DNA of 20,000 nucleotides from an uncultured Aquiluna sp. (GTDB lineage Bacteria > Actinomycetota > Actinomycetes > Actinomycetales > Microbacteriaceae). The notes beneath the pieces were generated by a model. That model was not told the DNA's origin. It saw only the letters and a list, made by a program, of their open reading frames with translations, and made no database searches. The DNA lies in assembly GCA_913775595.1 (NCBI GenBank), contig CAJYLB010000001.1, forward strand, positions 1,045,135 through 1,065,134, written 5' to 3'. Shown piece by piece: positions 1-8,131 of the stretch (positions are counted from its first letter, which is position 1; the number at the start of each line of letters is the position of its first letter). Both the position numbers and the translations under genes were made by a program.

Positions 1-534
1 GTGGCGGTCTTGAGCGCGAACTATGTTGCAAAGAAGCTCTCTGATGCCTACCCACTTCTCTACACCGGCAAGAACGGCCTCATCGCCCACGAGGCAATCA
101 TCGACATCAGGCCCCTGCAAAAGGATGCCGGAATCTCAAACGACGATGTTGCGAAGCGCCTGGTTGACTATGGCTTCCATGCCCCAACCATGAGCTTCCC
201 TGTAGCAGGAACCCTGATGATTGAGCCGACCGAGTCAGAGCCGATGGAAGAGCTGGAGCGCTTCATCGAGGCAATGCTTGCCATCCGTGCCGAAGCTCAA
301 AAGGTGCAGGACGGCCATTGGCCACAAGATGACAACCCGCTTGTGAATGCGCCCCACACCGCCAGCCACCTCACAAGCGAGTGGACCCACCCCTACAGCC
401 GCGAAGAAGCAGTCTTCCCAACGGACAGCCAGAGGAGAAGTAAGTACTGGCCACCAGTTAGAAGGATTGATGGAGTCTTCGGCGACAGGAACCTAACCTG
501 CACCTGCCCACCAATTGAAAGTTTTGCTCGCTAG
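1..534 (+). CDS. gcvP: Glycine dehydrogenase (glycine cleavage P protein), C-terminal part; 5' truncated by the window edge
   Basis: Characteristic GcvP C-terminal motifs: [64 protein letters not shown]. Confidence 0.97.
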   Translation: MAVLSANYVAKKLSDAYPLLYTGKNGLIAHEAIIDIRPLQKDAGISNDDVAKRLVDYGFHAPTMSFPVAGTLMIEPTESEPMEELERFIEAMLAIRAEAQKVQDGHWPQDDNPLVNAPHTASHLTSEWTHPYSREEAVFPTDSQRRSKYWPPVRRIDGVFGDRNLTCTCPPIESFAR

Positions 535-902
535 CTGAGTGGCACTAGGTGCAGGCGAATCATCTCCGCCGCCTGCTCCACGCTGATCTTGTCGGTTGCT
601 ATGCCAAGCACGAAGTCCATGCCCTCATCCGCTGAAAAGTTGTGCTTGAAGTCATTAAGAAATAGAAACACGACCATAAGAGCCCAGGTAGTTCGTTTAT
701 TGCCGTCCACCAGAGCGTGATTCTTAGCCAAAGAGTGGCACATTGCCGCAGCTTTCAGCTCGAGGGTCGGGTAGGCATCTTCTCCGAACACAGTGGTCTG
801 CGGTCTGGCAAGAGCTGAATCCAAGAGCCCAACCTCTTTTACGTGAAAACCGAGACTAGCAATCACGTCCAGGGCATGGTCTAGCTCGACGTATTCGGTC
901 AT
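531..902 (-). CDS. Fic/Doc-family (death-on-curing type) toxin
   Basis: 123 aa. Contains LLDSALARP...YPTL..KAAA and a Doc-type Fic motif [10 protein letters not shown] (GNK, no second Arg). ATGA overlap with the upstream small gene. Confidence 0.9.
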   Translation of the reverse strand: MTEYVELDHALDVIASLGFHVKEVGLLDSALARPQTTVFGEDAYPTLELKAAAMCHSLAKNHALVDGNKRTTWALMVVFLFLNDFKHNFSADEGMDFVLGIATDKISVEQAAEMIRLHLVPLS

Positions 903-1105
903 GCGTCAGCCAGTCGATCCATGAGCTCCTTATCGTGGCTGAGCACGAACTGCAGCGCCTCATTCACCCGACGCTTTTTTCTCGACTCGCGCTCAACCAT
1001 GCGCATTGCCTCAAGAAGTGCCTTTTGCTTGGACAGTCCAAGCTGCTCCGAGAGCCTGGTGAGGATTACTTCATCTTCTTCAGTGAGTCTTAGTGTCATA
1101 GCCAT
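899..1105 (-). CDS. Putative antitoxin, ribbon-helix-helix/CopG-like
   Basis: 68 aa. The N-terminal alternating beta strand MAMTLRL is followed by a helix-helix pattern (LSEQLGLSKQKALLEAM), and the C-terminus is ELMDRLADA. Translationally coupled to the Doc toxin. Confidence 0.8.
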   Translation of the reverse strand: MAMTLRLTEEDEVILTRLSEQLGLSKQKALLEAMRMVERESRKKRRVNEALQFVLSHDKELMDRLADA

Positions 1106-1115
1106 GAACCTAACA

Positions 1116-1130
1116 GTATCAAACTGATAC
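1116..1130. promoter_or_regulatory. Inverted repeat GTATCA-N3-TGATAC overlapping the probable -10 (TACTGT, minus strand) of the Doc TA operon; likely autorepression operator
   Basis: Perfect 6-bp arms 10 nt upstream of the antitoxin ATG. Type II antitoxins typically bind such palindromes. Confidence 0.6.
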
Positions 1131-1161
1131 CACTATTGCGCTAGCAATATCTGTGGAGAGG

Positions 1162-2670
1162 TCAGATTTTTTCGTCCATGTTGATAAGTACCTGGTAGGC
1201 AGCCTCAAGCTCCTCTCCCAGGTCGCGATCTGGGCCAAGTCCCGGCACGGTTTTCCTCAGCTGCGAGATTAGTTCTGCGGTGAGCGGGGCTGGCTTCAGC
1301 GGGGCACGCATTTCAACCGCACGCGCCGCAGTAACAAGTTCGATTGCGACGATTCTTCGCAGGTTGTCGATTGCCTTCCTTAGCTTCCTGGCGGCATGCC
1401 AACCCATCGAAACGTGGTCTTCCTGCATCGCGCTCGATGGAATCGAATCTACGCTCGCCGGCGACGCAAGTCGCTTGTTCTCCGAGACCAGGCCGGCTTG
1501 GGTGTATTGAGCAATCATCAATCCGGAGTCGACCCCCGGGTCGTTGGCCAAGAAAGCCGGCAGCCCGCGATTGCGGGAGACATCCAAGAAACGATCGGTT
1601 CTGCGCTCAGAAATCGACCCTAGGTCCGCAACCGAGATGGCCAGGAAGTCCAAAACCTGCGCAACCGGAGCCCCATGAAAGTTTCCATTTGATGTCACCT
1701 CGCCGCTTTCCAGGACAACCGGATTGTCAATAACCGAAGCAAGTTCGCGCGTGGCGACGACGGTGGCGTGAGCAAGGGTGTCCCTAGCCGCCCCCGCGAC
1801 CTGAGGTGCGCAGCGCAGTGAGTAGGCATCCTGGACCACCCCGTCGCCATGGCGGTGGGACTTTACAATCTCGCTCCCCTGCAATGCGACAAACATGTTT
1901 GCTGCGCTCACCGCCTGCCCGGGGTGTGGGCGAAGCTTCTCGTGCAGCTCGGGACGGAACACCTGGTCGGTTCCCATCTGGCCCTCGACGCTCATGGCCG
2001 CAACCAGGTCTGCCTGATTCAAAAGTTTCTCGAGGTCGGCGAGAGCAAGAATGAGCATTCCCAACATGCCATCGGTGCCGTTTATTAGCGCAAGGCCCTC
2101 TTTCTCCCTGAGCTCAACCGGTTCAATGCCGGCCTCCGAGAGAAGCTCGGCTACGGGCCTCTCCCTGCCGTCTGGCCCGAAGGCCCTGCCCTCTCCCATC
2201 AGCACCATTGCGCAGTGAGCAAGTGGGGCAAGGTCTCCCGAGCAGCCCAAAGACCCAAACTCCAAGACTCTTGGGGTGATGCCGGCATTGAGAATCTCGG
2301 CATAGGTCTTTGCAATCAGTGGCCTAACTCCGGTCTGACCCGAACACATCGTGCGTAGCCGCAGCAACATCATTGCCCTGACGACCTCGGTCTCGACCGG
2401 GTCTCCCATGCCAGCGGCATGGGATCTGATGAGCGACTTCTGCAGCTGAACGCGATCCGCAATTGGAATGTGGCGCTGGGCCAGGGCCCCAAAACCGGTC
2501 GAGATTCCATAGACCGGCTCATCGCCAGAGGCGAGCTGTTCAACCCTCTCGCGGGTCTGTTGCATGGCTGCCATTGCCTGATCGGAGATGGCAATCTTTG
2601 CCCCGTGCCTTGCAACCGCAACGACATCGACCATTCTCAGTCCGGAGACTCCTAGCTCAACAGTCTGCAT
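1162..2670 (-). CDS. hutH: Histidine ammonia-lyase
   Basis: Motifs VYGISTGFG, LIRSHAAG, GSLGCSGDLAPL (MIO-forming tripeptide CSG), KEGLALINGT, QDAYSLRC, DNP, SNGNFHG, QEDHVSMG. Start placed at ATG 2670, 1 nt after the hutI stop. Confidence 0.97.
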   Translation of the reverse strand: MQTVELGVSGLRMVDVVAVARHGAKIAISDQAMAAMQQTRERVEQLASGDEPVYGISTGFGALAQRHIPIADRVQLQKSLIRSHAAGMGDPVETEVVRAMMLLRLRTMCSGQTGVRPLIAKTYAEILNAGITPRVLEFGSLGCSGDLAPLAHCAMVLMGEGRAFGPDGRERPVAELLSEAGIEPVELREKEGLALINGTDGMLGMLILALADLEKLLNQADLVAAMSVEGQMGTDQVFRPELHEKLRPHPGQAVSAANMFVALQGSEIVKSHRHGDGVVQDAYSLRCAPQVAGAARDTLAHATVVATRELASVIDNPVVLESGEVTSNGNFHGAPVAQVLDFLAISVADLGSISERRTDRFLDVSRNRGLPAFLANDPGVDSGLMIAQYTQAGLVSENKRLASPASVDSIPSSAMQEDHVSMGWHAARKLRKAIDNLRRIVAIELVTAARAVEMRAPLKPAPLTAELISQLRKTVPGLGPDRDLGEELEAAYQVLINMDEKI

Positions 2671-2671
2671 T

Positions 2672-3832
2672 TCAGCGCCTTTCGAAGACCCTCTCGCCAC
2701 CGACATAGGTTTGGCTCACGAGCTGAACCCCGGGTCGGTAGGCGAGATAGATGTGATTTGGTGCATCCAGCACCGCGAAGTCGGCATCGGAGCCGACGGC
2801 AAGCTTGCCCTTTTGATTTCTTAGGGCCATGGCGCCACCTCGGGTGGCGGCCCAGAGCGCCTGATCCGGAGTCAGCCCCATCTCCCGCAAGGCCACCGCG
2901 ATGCAAAACGGCATCGAGGTTGTGAACGACGATCCTGGGTTGCAATCGGTCGCAAGGGCAACAATCACTCCGGCGCTAACCAGCCTTCTGGCATCGGGGT
3001 ATGGGCTCCTGGTCGAGAACTCGGCCCCCGGCACGAGCGTTGCAACCGTGTTTGATCCAGCAAGTGCGGCAATGTCTTCTGGATCCATGAATGTGCAGTG
3101 GTCCACCGACGCACAGTCCAACTCGACCGCAAGCTGCACTCCCCCAAGGTTCTCGAGCTGATTCGAATGCATCCTTGGCCTAAGACCGGCCGCAATCCCC
3201 GCCTCTAGGACCTCTCTGGACTCCTCGACCGAGAAGGCCCCGCGGTCGCAGAAGACATCGATCCACTTGGCATACTTCTTGGCCTCAGCCAGCATCTCGC
3301 CGGTCACCAGGCGCAGGTATTGCTCGCGCTCGAGGCCGGCTGGCACGACGTGTGCTCCTAAGAAGGTGACATCCTCGGTGAACTCCCTTGCCACCTCAAG
3401 TGACCTCGCCTCGGTTTCGACATCGAGCCCGTAGCCGCTCTTGATCTCAAAGTGGGTTACGCCGCTTGCGTGCAGCTCGGCGACAAGCCGCCGCGCATTT
3501 TCACGAAGCTCCTGGGCGCTCGCCGACCTGGTTGCCTGAACCGTGGTCTTTATCCCCCCAGAGGAGTAGGGCTTACCGGCCATGCGGTGAGCAAACTCCT
3601 CACTGCGCTCCGAGGCAAACATCAGGTGGGCGTGCGAGTCTACAAACCCCGGTATTACGCAGCCCCCACCTAGCGAAACAACCTCGTCTGTCTCAGGGGC
3701 AGCGGCTGCCGGGCCAAGCCAGAGAACCTTGCCGTCTTCGACGACCATTGCCGCATCCTCGATGACCGCAAGCTCGCCGAAGCTCTCGCCGGTGGTCACC
3801 AGCGACGCGATGTCTGAATACTTGGTCTTCAT
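2672..3832 (-). CDS. hutI: Imidazolonepropionase
   Basis: Amidohydrolase motifs PGFVDSHAH, EIKSGYGL, FLGAH, DVFCDRGAF, SVDH, ALATDCNPGSS; located between hutU and hutH. Confidence 0.96.
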   Translation of the reverse strand: MKTKYSDIASLVTTGESFGELAVIEDAAMVVEDGKVLWLGPAAAAPETDEVVSLGGGCVIPGFVDSHAHLMFASERSEEFAHRMAGKPYSSGGIKTTVQATRSASAQELRENARRLVAELHASGVTHFEIKSGYGLDVETEARSLEVAREFTEDVTFLGAHVVPAGLEREQYLRLVTGEMLAEAKKYAKWIDVFCDRGAFSVEESREVLEAGIAAGLRPRMHSNQLENLGGVQLAVELDCASVDHCTFMDPEDIAALAGSNTVATLVPGAEFSTRSPYPDARRLVSAGVIVALATDCNPGSSFTTSMPFCIAVALREMGLTPDQALWAATRGGAMALRNQKGKLAVGSDADFAVLDAPNHIYLAYRPGVQLVSQTYVGGERVFERR

Positions 3833-3834
3833 GC

Positions 3835-5496
3835 CTACTCGGTGTCCAGCATCGGAACGTGGACGTGCTTCTGACGAGCCACATCCTTGGCCTCGGGATA
3901 GCCGGCATCACAGTGGCGGATCACTCCCATCCCCGGGTCATTGGTCAGCACTCGGCGAAGCTTCTCGCCAGCTAGATCGGTGCCGTCGGCCACCGAGACC
4001 TGGCCCGCATGAATCGACCTTCCCATGCCAACGCCTCCGCCGTGATGGATGGAAACCCAGCTCGCACCTGATGCGATGTTGACCATTGCATTTAGTAGTG
4101 GCCAGTCGGCAATCGCATCGGAACCATCGAGCATCGCCTCTGACTCACGATAGGGAGAGGCCACGCTGCCGCAGTCGAGGTGGTCGCGACCGATGACTAT
4201 CGGTGCGGATACCTCGCCGCTTTTCACCAGCTGGTTGAATGCCTCGCCGGCCTTGTCGCGCTCCCCATAGCCCAGCCAGCAAATTCTGGCTGGCAGGCCC
4301 TGGAACTCAACTCTGTCCTGGGCCATCGTGATCCAGCGCCTGAGATGAGTGTTGTCTGGGAAGAGATCCAGGACTGCCTGGTCGGTGCGATAGATATCCT
4401 TCTTGTCGCCCGAGAGCGCCACCCACCGAAATGGTCCCTTGCCCTCGCAGAACAGCGGGCGAATGTAGGCCGGTATAAAGCCGGGGAACTTGAAGGCATC
4501 CTGGAAACCACCCTTTCGGGCCTCGTCTCTGATGGAGTTTCCGTAGTCAAAAACCTCCGCGCCTTTTTCCATGAAGCCGACCATCGCGGCGACGTGCTTG
4601 GCCATTGCTGCCTCTGCTCGATCGGTGAACACCTTGGGGTTCTGCTCGGCGTATTCTCGAGCATCCGAGAACTCAACACCTTCTGGGATGTAATAGAGCG
4701 GATCGTGGGCGCTGGTCTGATCGGTGACAATGTCGATCTCAACATCGCGCTCTAGAAGCTCAGCAAAAACCGTAGCTGCATTGCCAACGACACCGACCGA
4801 CAGGGCCTTCTTTTCTGCCCTGTAACGAGTGACTCGCTCGATTGCATCGTCAAGGTTGTCGGCAATCTCGTCCAGATACCTGGTCTCAACTCGCTTCTGG
4901 AGCCTGGATGGGTCGATATCCACAATCAGGCAGGTGCCCTCATTCATGGTTACGGCAAGAGGCTGCGCTCCACCCATGCCTCCGCAACCGCCGGTCAGGG
5001 TGAGGGTCCCGGCAAGGGTGCCGCCGAAGCGCTTGGCCGCAACGGCGGCAAAGGTCTCATAGGTTCCCTGCAGAATTCCCTGGGTTCCGATGTATATCCA
5101 AGAACCGGCGGTCATCTGCCCATACATTGTCAGGCCAAGCTTTTCGAGCCTCCGGAACTCCGGCCAGTTGGCCCAGTCTCCAACCAGGTTGGAGTTGGCA
5201 AGCAGCACCCGAGGAGCCCACTCGTGGGTCTGAAATACTCCAACCGGCTTGCCGGACTGCACCAGCATCGTCTCGTCGTTCTTGAGGCTGCTCAGGGTCT
5301 TGACCATGGCATCGAAACTTTCCCAGTTCCTAGCGGCCTTGCCGCTACCGCCATAGACGATCAGCTCTTCGGGATGCTCGGCGACAGATGGGTCGAGGTT
5401 GTTGTGCAGCATTCGAAGTGCTGCCTCTTGCTGCCAGCCCTGGGCGGTTAGTGAACTGCCGGTGGCTGCCTTTAGGGTTCGCGTCGTTGGGTTCAT
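3835..5496 (-). CDS. hutU: Urocanate hydratase
   Basis: 553 aa. Motifs [71 protein letters not shown]. Confidence 0.98.
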   Translation of the reverse strand: MNPTTRTLKAATGSSLTAQGWQQEAALRMLHNNLDPSVAEHPEELIVYGGSGKAARNWESFDAMVKTLSSLKNDETMLVQSGKPVGVFQTHEWAPRVLLANSNLVGDWANWPEFRRLEKLGLTMYGQMTAGSWIYIGTQGILQGTYETFAAVAAKRFGGTLAGTLTLTGGCGGMGGAQPLAVTMNEGTCLIVDIDPSRLQKRVETRYLDEIADNLDDAIERVTRYRAEKKALSVGVVGNAATVFAELLERDVEIDIVTDQTSAHDPLYYIPEGVEFSDAREYAEQNPKVFTDRAEAAMAKHVAAMVGFMEKGAEVFDYGNSIRDEARKGGFQDAFKFPGFIPAYIRPLFCEGKGPFRWVALSGDKKDIYRTDQAVLDLFPDNTHLRRWITMAQDRVEFQGLPARICWLGYGERDKAGEAFNQLVKSGEVSAPIVIGRDHLDCGSVASPYRESEAMLDGSDAIADWPLLNAMVNIASGASWVSIHHGGGVGMGRSIHAGQVSVADGTDLAGEKLRRVLTNDPGMGVIRHCDAGYPEAKDVARQKHVHVPMLDTE

Positions 5497-5549
5497 GAGC
5501 CAATTTCACAACCACGCGAGAGATGCGACAATGGGGTTTCTCTAGCATC

Positions 5550-5567
5550 TGTCTGAGATTTCAGACA
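5550..5567. promoter_or_regulatory. Palindromic operator TGTCTGA-GATT-TCAGACA between divergent hutU and the IclR regulator; probable HutR site
   Basis: Perfect 7-bp arms in the 81-bp intergenic region. The TCTG-N6-CAGA core resembles the IclR-type HutR motif I recall from Corynebacterium. Confidence 0.75.
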
Positions 5568-5577
5568 AACTAATTGC

Positions 5578-6348
5578 ATGGCTAGAGTCCCTGCGGCGGC
5601 GAGAACCCTCGCACTCCTAAACGCAATGGCTGAAATCGGGCAGCCGGTGACAGCAGTGATGCTGGCCAAGCGACTTGGCATCCCCAGATCCTCCTGCTAT
5701 CAGCTGCTGGAGGAGCTCCAGGAGGCAAACTACGCAATCCACTATCCAGAGGAGAAGCGCTGGGGGCTTGGGCTTGCCGCCTGGGAGCTTGGCAGCGCCT
5801 ATCAGCGCCACGAACCTCTAGAGCGCCTGGCTAGACCGGTGCTGAGGAAGCTGGTGGAGAATCTGGAAAAACAAACCTCGGTGGTGGGTCACCTCGGAGT
5901 TCTAGACGGCTCTGATGTGCTCTACCTCCTCGAGGAGAGGCCGGCGAGGTCGCTAAAGCTGGTTACCGACATTGGAGTCCGGCTTCCCTCTCACCTAACA
6001 GCATCTGGCAGGTCCATGCTCGCAGTCCTGGATCAGAAGCAGCTCTCGGCATCGTTTAGAGGCCTCGGCCTGCAGACTCGAACCGGGCTTGGCCCCAAGA
6101 GCTTCACCGAGCTCACCGCAATCCTCAATAGCGAGCGAGCCCAGGGCTATGCCCTGGAGGTCGACGAGGTTAGCCTTGGCTACGCCTCGGTAGGCGTGGC
6201 GATCAGAGACAACCTGGGCCATCCGCTGGCGGGACTGGCAATTACCTTCCAATCGCTGGCGCTTGAAAAGCTACAGTTGAGCCAGCTGGCTCTTTCGCTG
6301 CAGCAGGCGGCCAGGGAGCTCTCGAGAAAGTTTGGGCACCATGAGTGA
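5578..6348 (+). CDS. hutR: IclR-family transcriptional regulator of the hut genes (HutR-like)
   Basis: N-terminal HTH (VPAAARTLALL...LAKRLGIPRSSCYQLL) and IclR effector domain (GVRLPSHLTASGRSMLA, GYALEVDEV...SVGVAI). Divergent from hutU. Confidence 0.88.
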   Translation: MARVPAAARTLALLNAMAEIGQPVTAVMLAKRLGIPRSSCYQLLEELQEANYAIHYPEEKRWGLGLAAWELGSAYQRHEPLERLARPVLRKLVENLEKQTSVVGHLGVLDGSDVLYLLEERPARSLKLVTDIGVRLPSHLTASGRSMLAVLDQKQLSASFRGLGLQTRTGLGPKSFTELTAILNSERAQGYALEVDEVSLGYASVGVAIRDNLGHPLAGLAITFQSLALEKLQLSQLALSLQQAARELSRKFGHHE

Positions 6349-7204
6349 AGATCCGAAGTGGCCTAGAGGCTCATCGCTGATAACAACTTCACCCTCACCA
6401 GTCGGGATTCTAGATATCCCCGCTCACAAGACCTCGATCAGTGAGACATCCGCTCACCTGACCCCAAAGGCAATTAGGGCAGCGCTGGCTCGCTATTCGA
6501 CATTCAGCCACAGCACCTACGACGACATCTCCGGCACGTCCATCGAGGACCTGGGTGAAATAGCAGACCCAGATGGCAACGAACAGGAAACCATCAGCAG
6601 GATTGCAAGCGCCGATAAGGAGCTCTTGATTGCGCTAGGTGGAGACAACTCGATCACCAACGCCGCCGCATTGGGTGCATTCAAGGAGGACCTGAGCACG
6701 GCAAGGCTCATCACCCTGGATGCTCACCACGACCTGCGGGATGGAATCTCGAATGGCTCGCCAGTGAGGAGACTTATTGATGCCGGGCTAAACCCAAAGA
6801 ACGTCTTTCAAATCGGAATCAATGATTTTTCCAATTCCTTTGAATACGCATCGCTTGCCAAAGACCTCGGCATCAACGTGATCTCAAGAAACACCCTGGC
6901 CACAATCGGCATTCAAGAGGCCTGCAACATCGCGCTCAAGGATGCCGAGGGGCCGGTGTTTGTCGATATCGATGTCGATGTTTGCGATCGCAGCGTGGTG
7001 CCAGCCTGCCCGGCCGCAGCACCCGGTGGGATCAGCGCATTTGAGCTTCGTCAGGCGGCGAGAATCCTCGCCGCAAGCCCAAAAGTGGTCGGCATGGATA
7101 TGACCGAAATAGACGCCTCTAAAGACACCGAAGATCAAAGAACCGTCCGGCTCGGGGCCCTACTTGTCTTGGAGATGCTGGCTGGATTCAGGCTCAGGAG
7201 CTAG
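6341..7204 (+). CDS. hutG: Formimidoylglutamase (arginase/ureohydrolase family)
   Basis: Ureohydrolase motifs LGGDNS, LDAHHD, SNGSP, DIDVDV, PGG, TEID. ATG at 6341 overlaps the regulator's 3' end (ATGAGTGA). The hut context supports the specific call. Confidence 0.85.
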   Translation: MSEDPKWPRGSSLITTSPSPVGILDIPAHKTSISETSAHLTPKAIRAALARYSTFSHSTYDDISGTSIEDLGEIADPDGNEQETISRIASADKELLIALGGDNSITNAAALGAFKEDLSTARLITLDAHHDLRDGISNGSPVRRLIDAGLNPKNVFQIGINDFSNSFEYASLAKDLGINVISRNTLATIGIQEACNIALKDAEGPVFVDIDVDVCDRSVVPACPAAAPGGISAFELRQAARILAASPKVVGMDMTEIDASKDTEDQRTVRLGALLVLEMLAGFRLRS

Positions 7205-7213
7205 CGGGTCAAC

Positions 7214-7222
7214 TGTGGATAA
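7214..7222 (-). promoter_or_regulatory. Perfect DnaA-box sequence (TTATCCACA on the minus strand)
   Basis: TGTGGATAA in the hutG/PIN-toxin intergenic gap; exact match to the canonical 9-mer. Function is not shown. Confidence 0.55.
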
Positions 7223-7255
7223 GTCGGCCTTTGCGGCGAGGTTGAGGGAGGCTTA

Positions 7256-7639
7256 CTACTCTCCGGAGTCTTTCACGAAATCTAGACCCAAGCCCAGTAG
7301 TTTTTCGTCGGATGTGTACAGGTAGAGCCCAGCCTCTGCCGCCTGAGCGAGGATCAGAAAGTCGAGGGGGTCTGTGCCGCGCAAGGATCCGAAACGTCTG
7401 GCTTCGAGTGCCGCTTGTGCGGTAAGTGGCAACTCTTCAATTCCTTGTCTGATGGTCGCCTCGACCAGCATCTTGGTGCTGGTTCCCAGGTAATCATCCT
7501 TTTGCAGCCACTCAAAAAATGTCAGGGGTGAAAAATACAGGGCTCTGGCACCGTTCAAACTGCGCTTGGTCGCCTTGCCGAGCCGAGCCGGCTTCTGGTG
7601 CAGGTTGATCAGGACATTTGTGTCAAGCAGGGCTTTCAT
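7256..7639 (-). CDS. vapC: PIN-domain (VapC-type) toxin
   Basis: MKALLDTNVL start, SPLTFFE, DPLDFLILAQA, LYTSD: the conserved acidic PIN residues are present. ATGA overlap with the antitoxin stop fixes the start at 7639. Confidence 0.9.
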   Translation of the reverse strand: MKALLDTNVLINLHQKPARLGKATKRSLNGARALYFSPLTFFEWLQKDDYLGTSTKMLVEATIRQGIEELPLTAQAALEARRFGSLRGTDPLDFLILAQAAEAGLYLYTSDEKLLGLGLDFVKDSGE

Positions 7640-7899
7640 ATCTCCATCGCATCCAACTTGCGTCGCCACTTGGCCCAGGCCTCATCCATGTGAGAGTTGT
7701 CATCGAAATCGATCTCCTCCCACTCCTTGGGCAGCTTGCCCTCTAAAGTGCCGAAAACAATCTTTGGCTTCTGAAACTTGATGATCTTGGCAACCGGCCT
7801 GCCGTGCTTGGTGATGATGACCTCTTCACCTCGAATTGCGTCTTCGACGAGAGCTGAGAACTGAGCCTTTGCCTCTGTGATTGTCACTATTTTTCCCAT
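7636..7899 (-). CDS. Phd/YefM-family antitoxin
   Basis: IVTITEAKAQFSALVEDAIRGEEVIITKHGRPVAKI is the typical Phd/YefM N-terminus, followed by a FGTLEGK...DFDD tail. Start placed at ATG 7899, 6 nt after TACACT. Confidence 0.92.
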   Translation of the reverse strand: MGKIVTITEAKAQFSALVEDAIRGEEVIITKHGRPVAKIIKFQKPKIVFGTLEGKLPKEWEEIDFDDNSHMDEAWAKWRRKLDAMEI

Positions 7900-7920
7900 C
7901 TGCTCAGTGTAAATGAATTG

Positions 7921-7933
7921 GGTCAAATTGACC
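7921..7933. promoter_or_regulatory. Inverted repeat GGTCAA-A-TTGACC upstream of the Phd/PIN operon; likely autorepression operator
   Basis: Perfect 6-bp arms lying just upstream of the -10 TACACT (7906-7911, minus strand). Confidence 0.6.
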
Positions 7934-7997
7934 AGAATTACTTTTGCCACTCTAGGCTACCCACAAGCTCCAATCGCGACTAGGCATCAATCAAAAC

Positions 7998-8006
7998 TGT
8001 GGATAA
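7998..8006 (-). promoter_or_regulatory. Perfect DnaA-box sequence (TTATCCACA on the minus strand)
   Basis: TGTGGATAA between the antitoxin gene and purS, in the same orientation as the 7214 copy. Confidence 0.55.
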
Positions 8007-8131
8007 CTCAGGTGCAGGCAAGTCTGAGGGGAAGCTGAAATTACCCCGCTAAACTTAGAGAATTCCGCGCAAGGTAGCCGGCAACCAACGTCCATCCCGA
8101 AACAGGATTTCCTGCCAACCGAAGGGTAGAA

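Noticed and set aside
2671..2706. Longer ORF-track starts for hutH (2706), and likewise for hutG, vapC, the Phd antitoxin, the hydrolase, the secreted protein and fhaB
   Set aside because: The extensions overlap upstream genes or promoters. Downstream starts fit translational coupling, SD or -10 spacing and family N-termini better.
4180..4755. 191-aa plus-strand ORF and the other long overlapping ORFs inside hutU, hutI and hutH
   Set aside because: Antisense or off-frame shadows of conserved GC-rich genes, with no recognisable motifs.
7200..8130. Replication origin (oriC) suggested by DnaA boxes
   Set aside because: Only two perfect boxes ~780 bp apart, separated by genes; no dnaA or dnaN and no dense box array or clear unwinding element.
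8056..8131. ZMP/ZTP (pfl) or guanine riboswitch upstream of purS
   Set aside because: The expected conserved elements (e.g. GACUGGCG...CGCCUGGG for ZTP) are absent. Retained only as an unclassified candidate leader.
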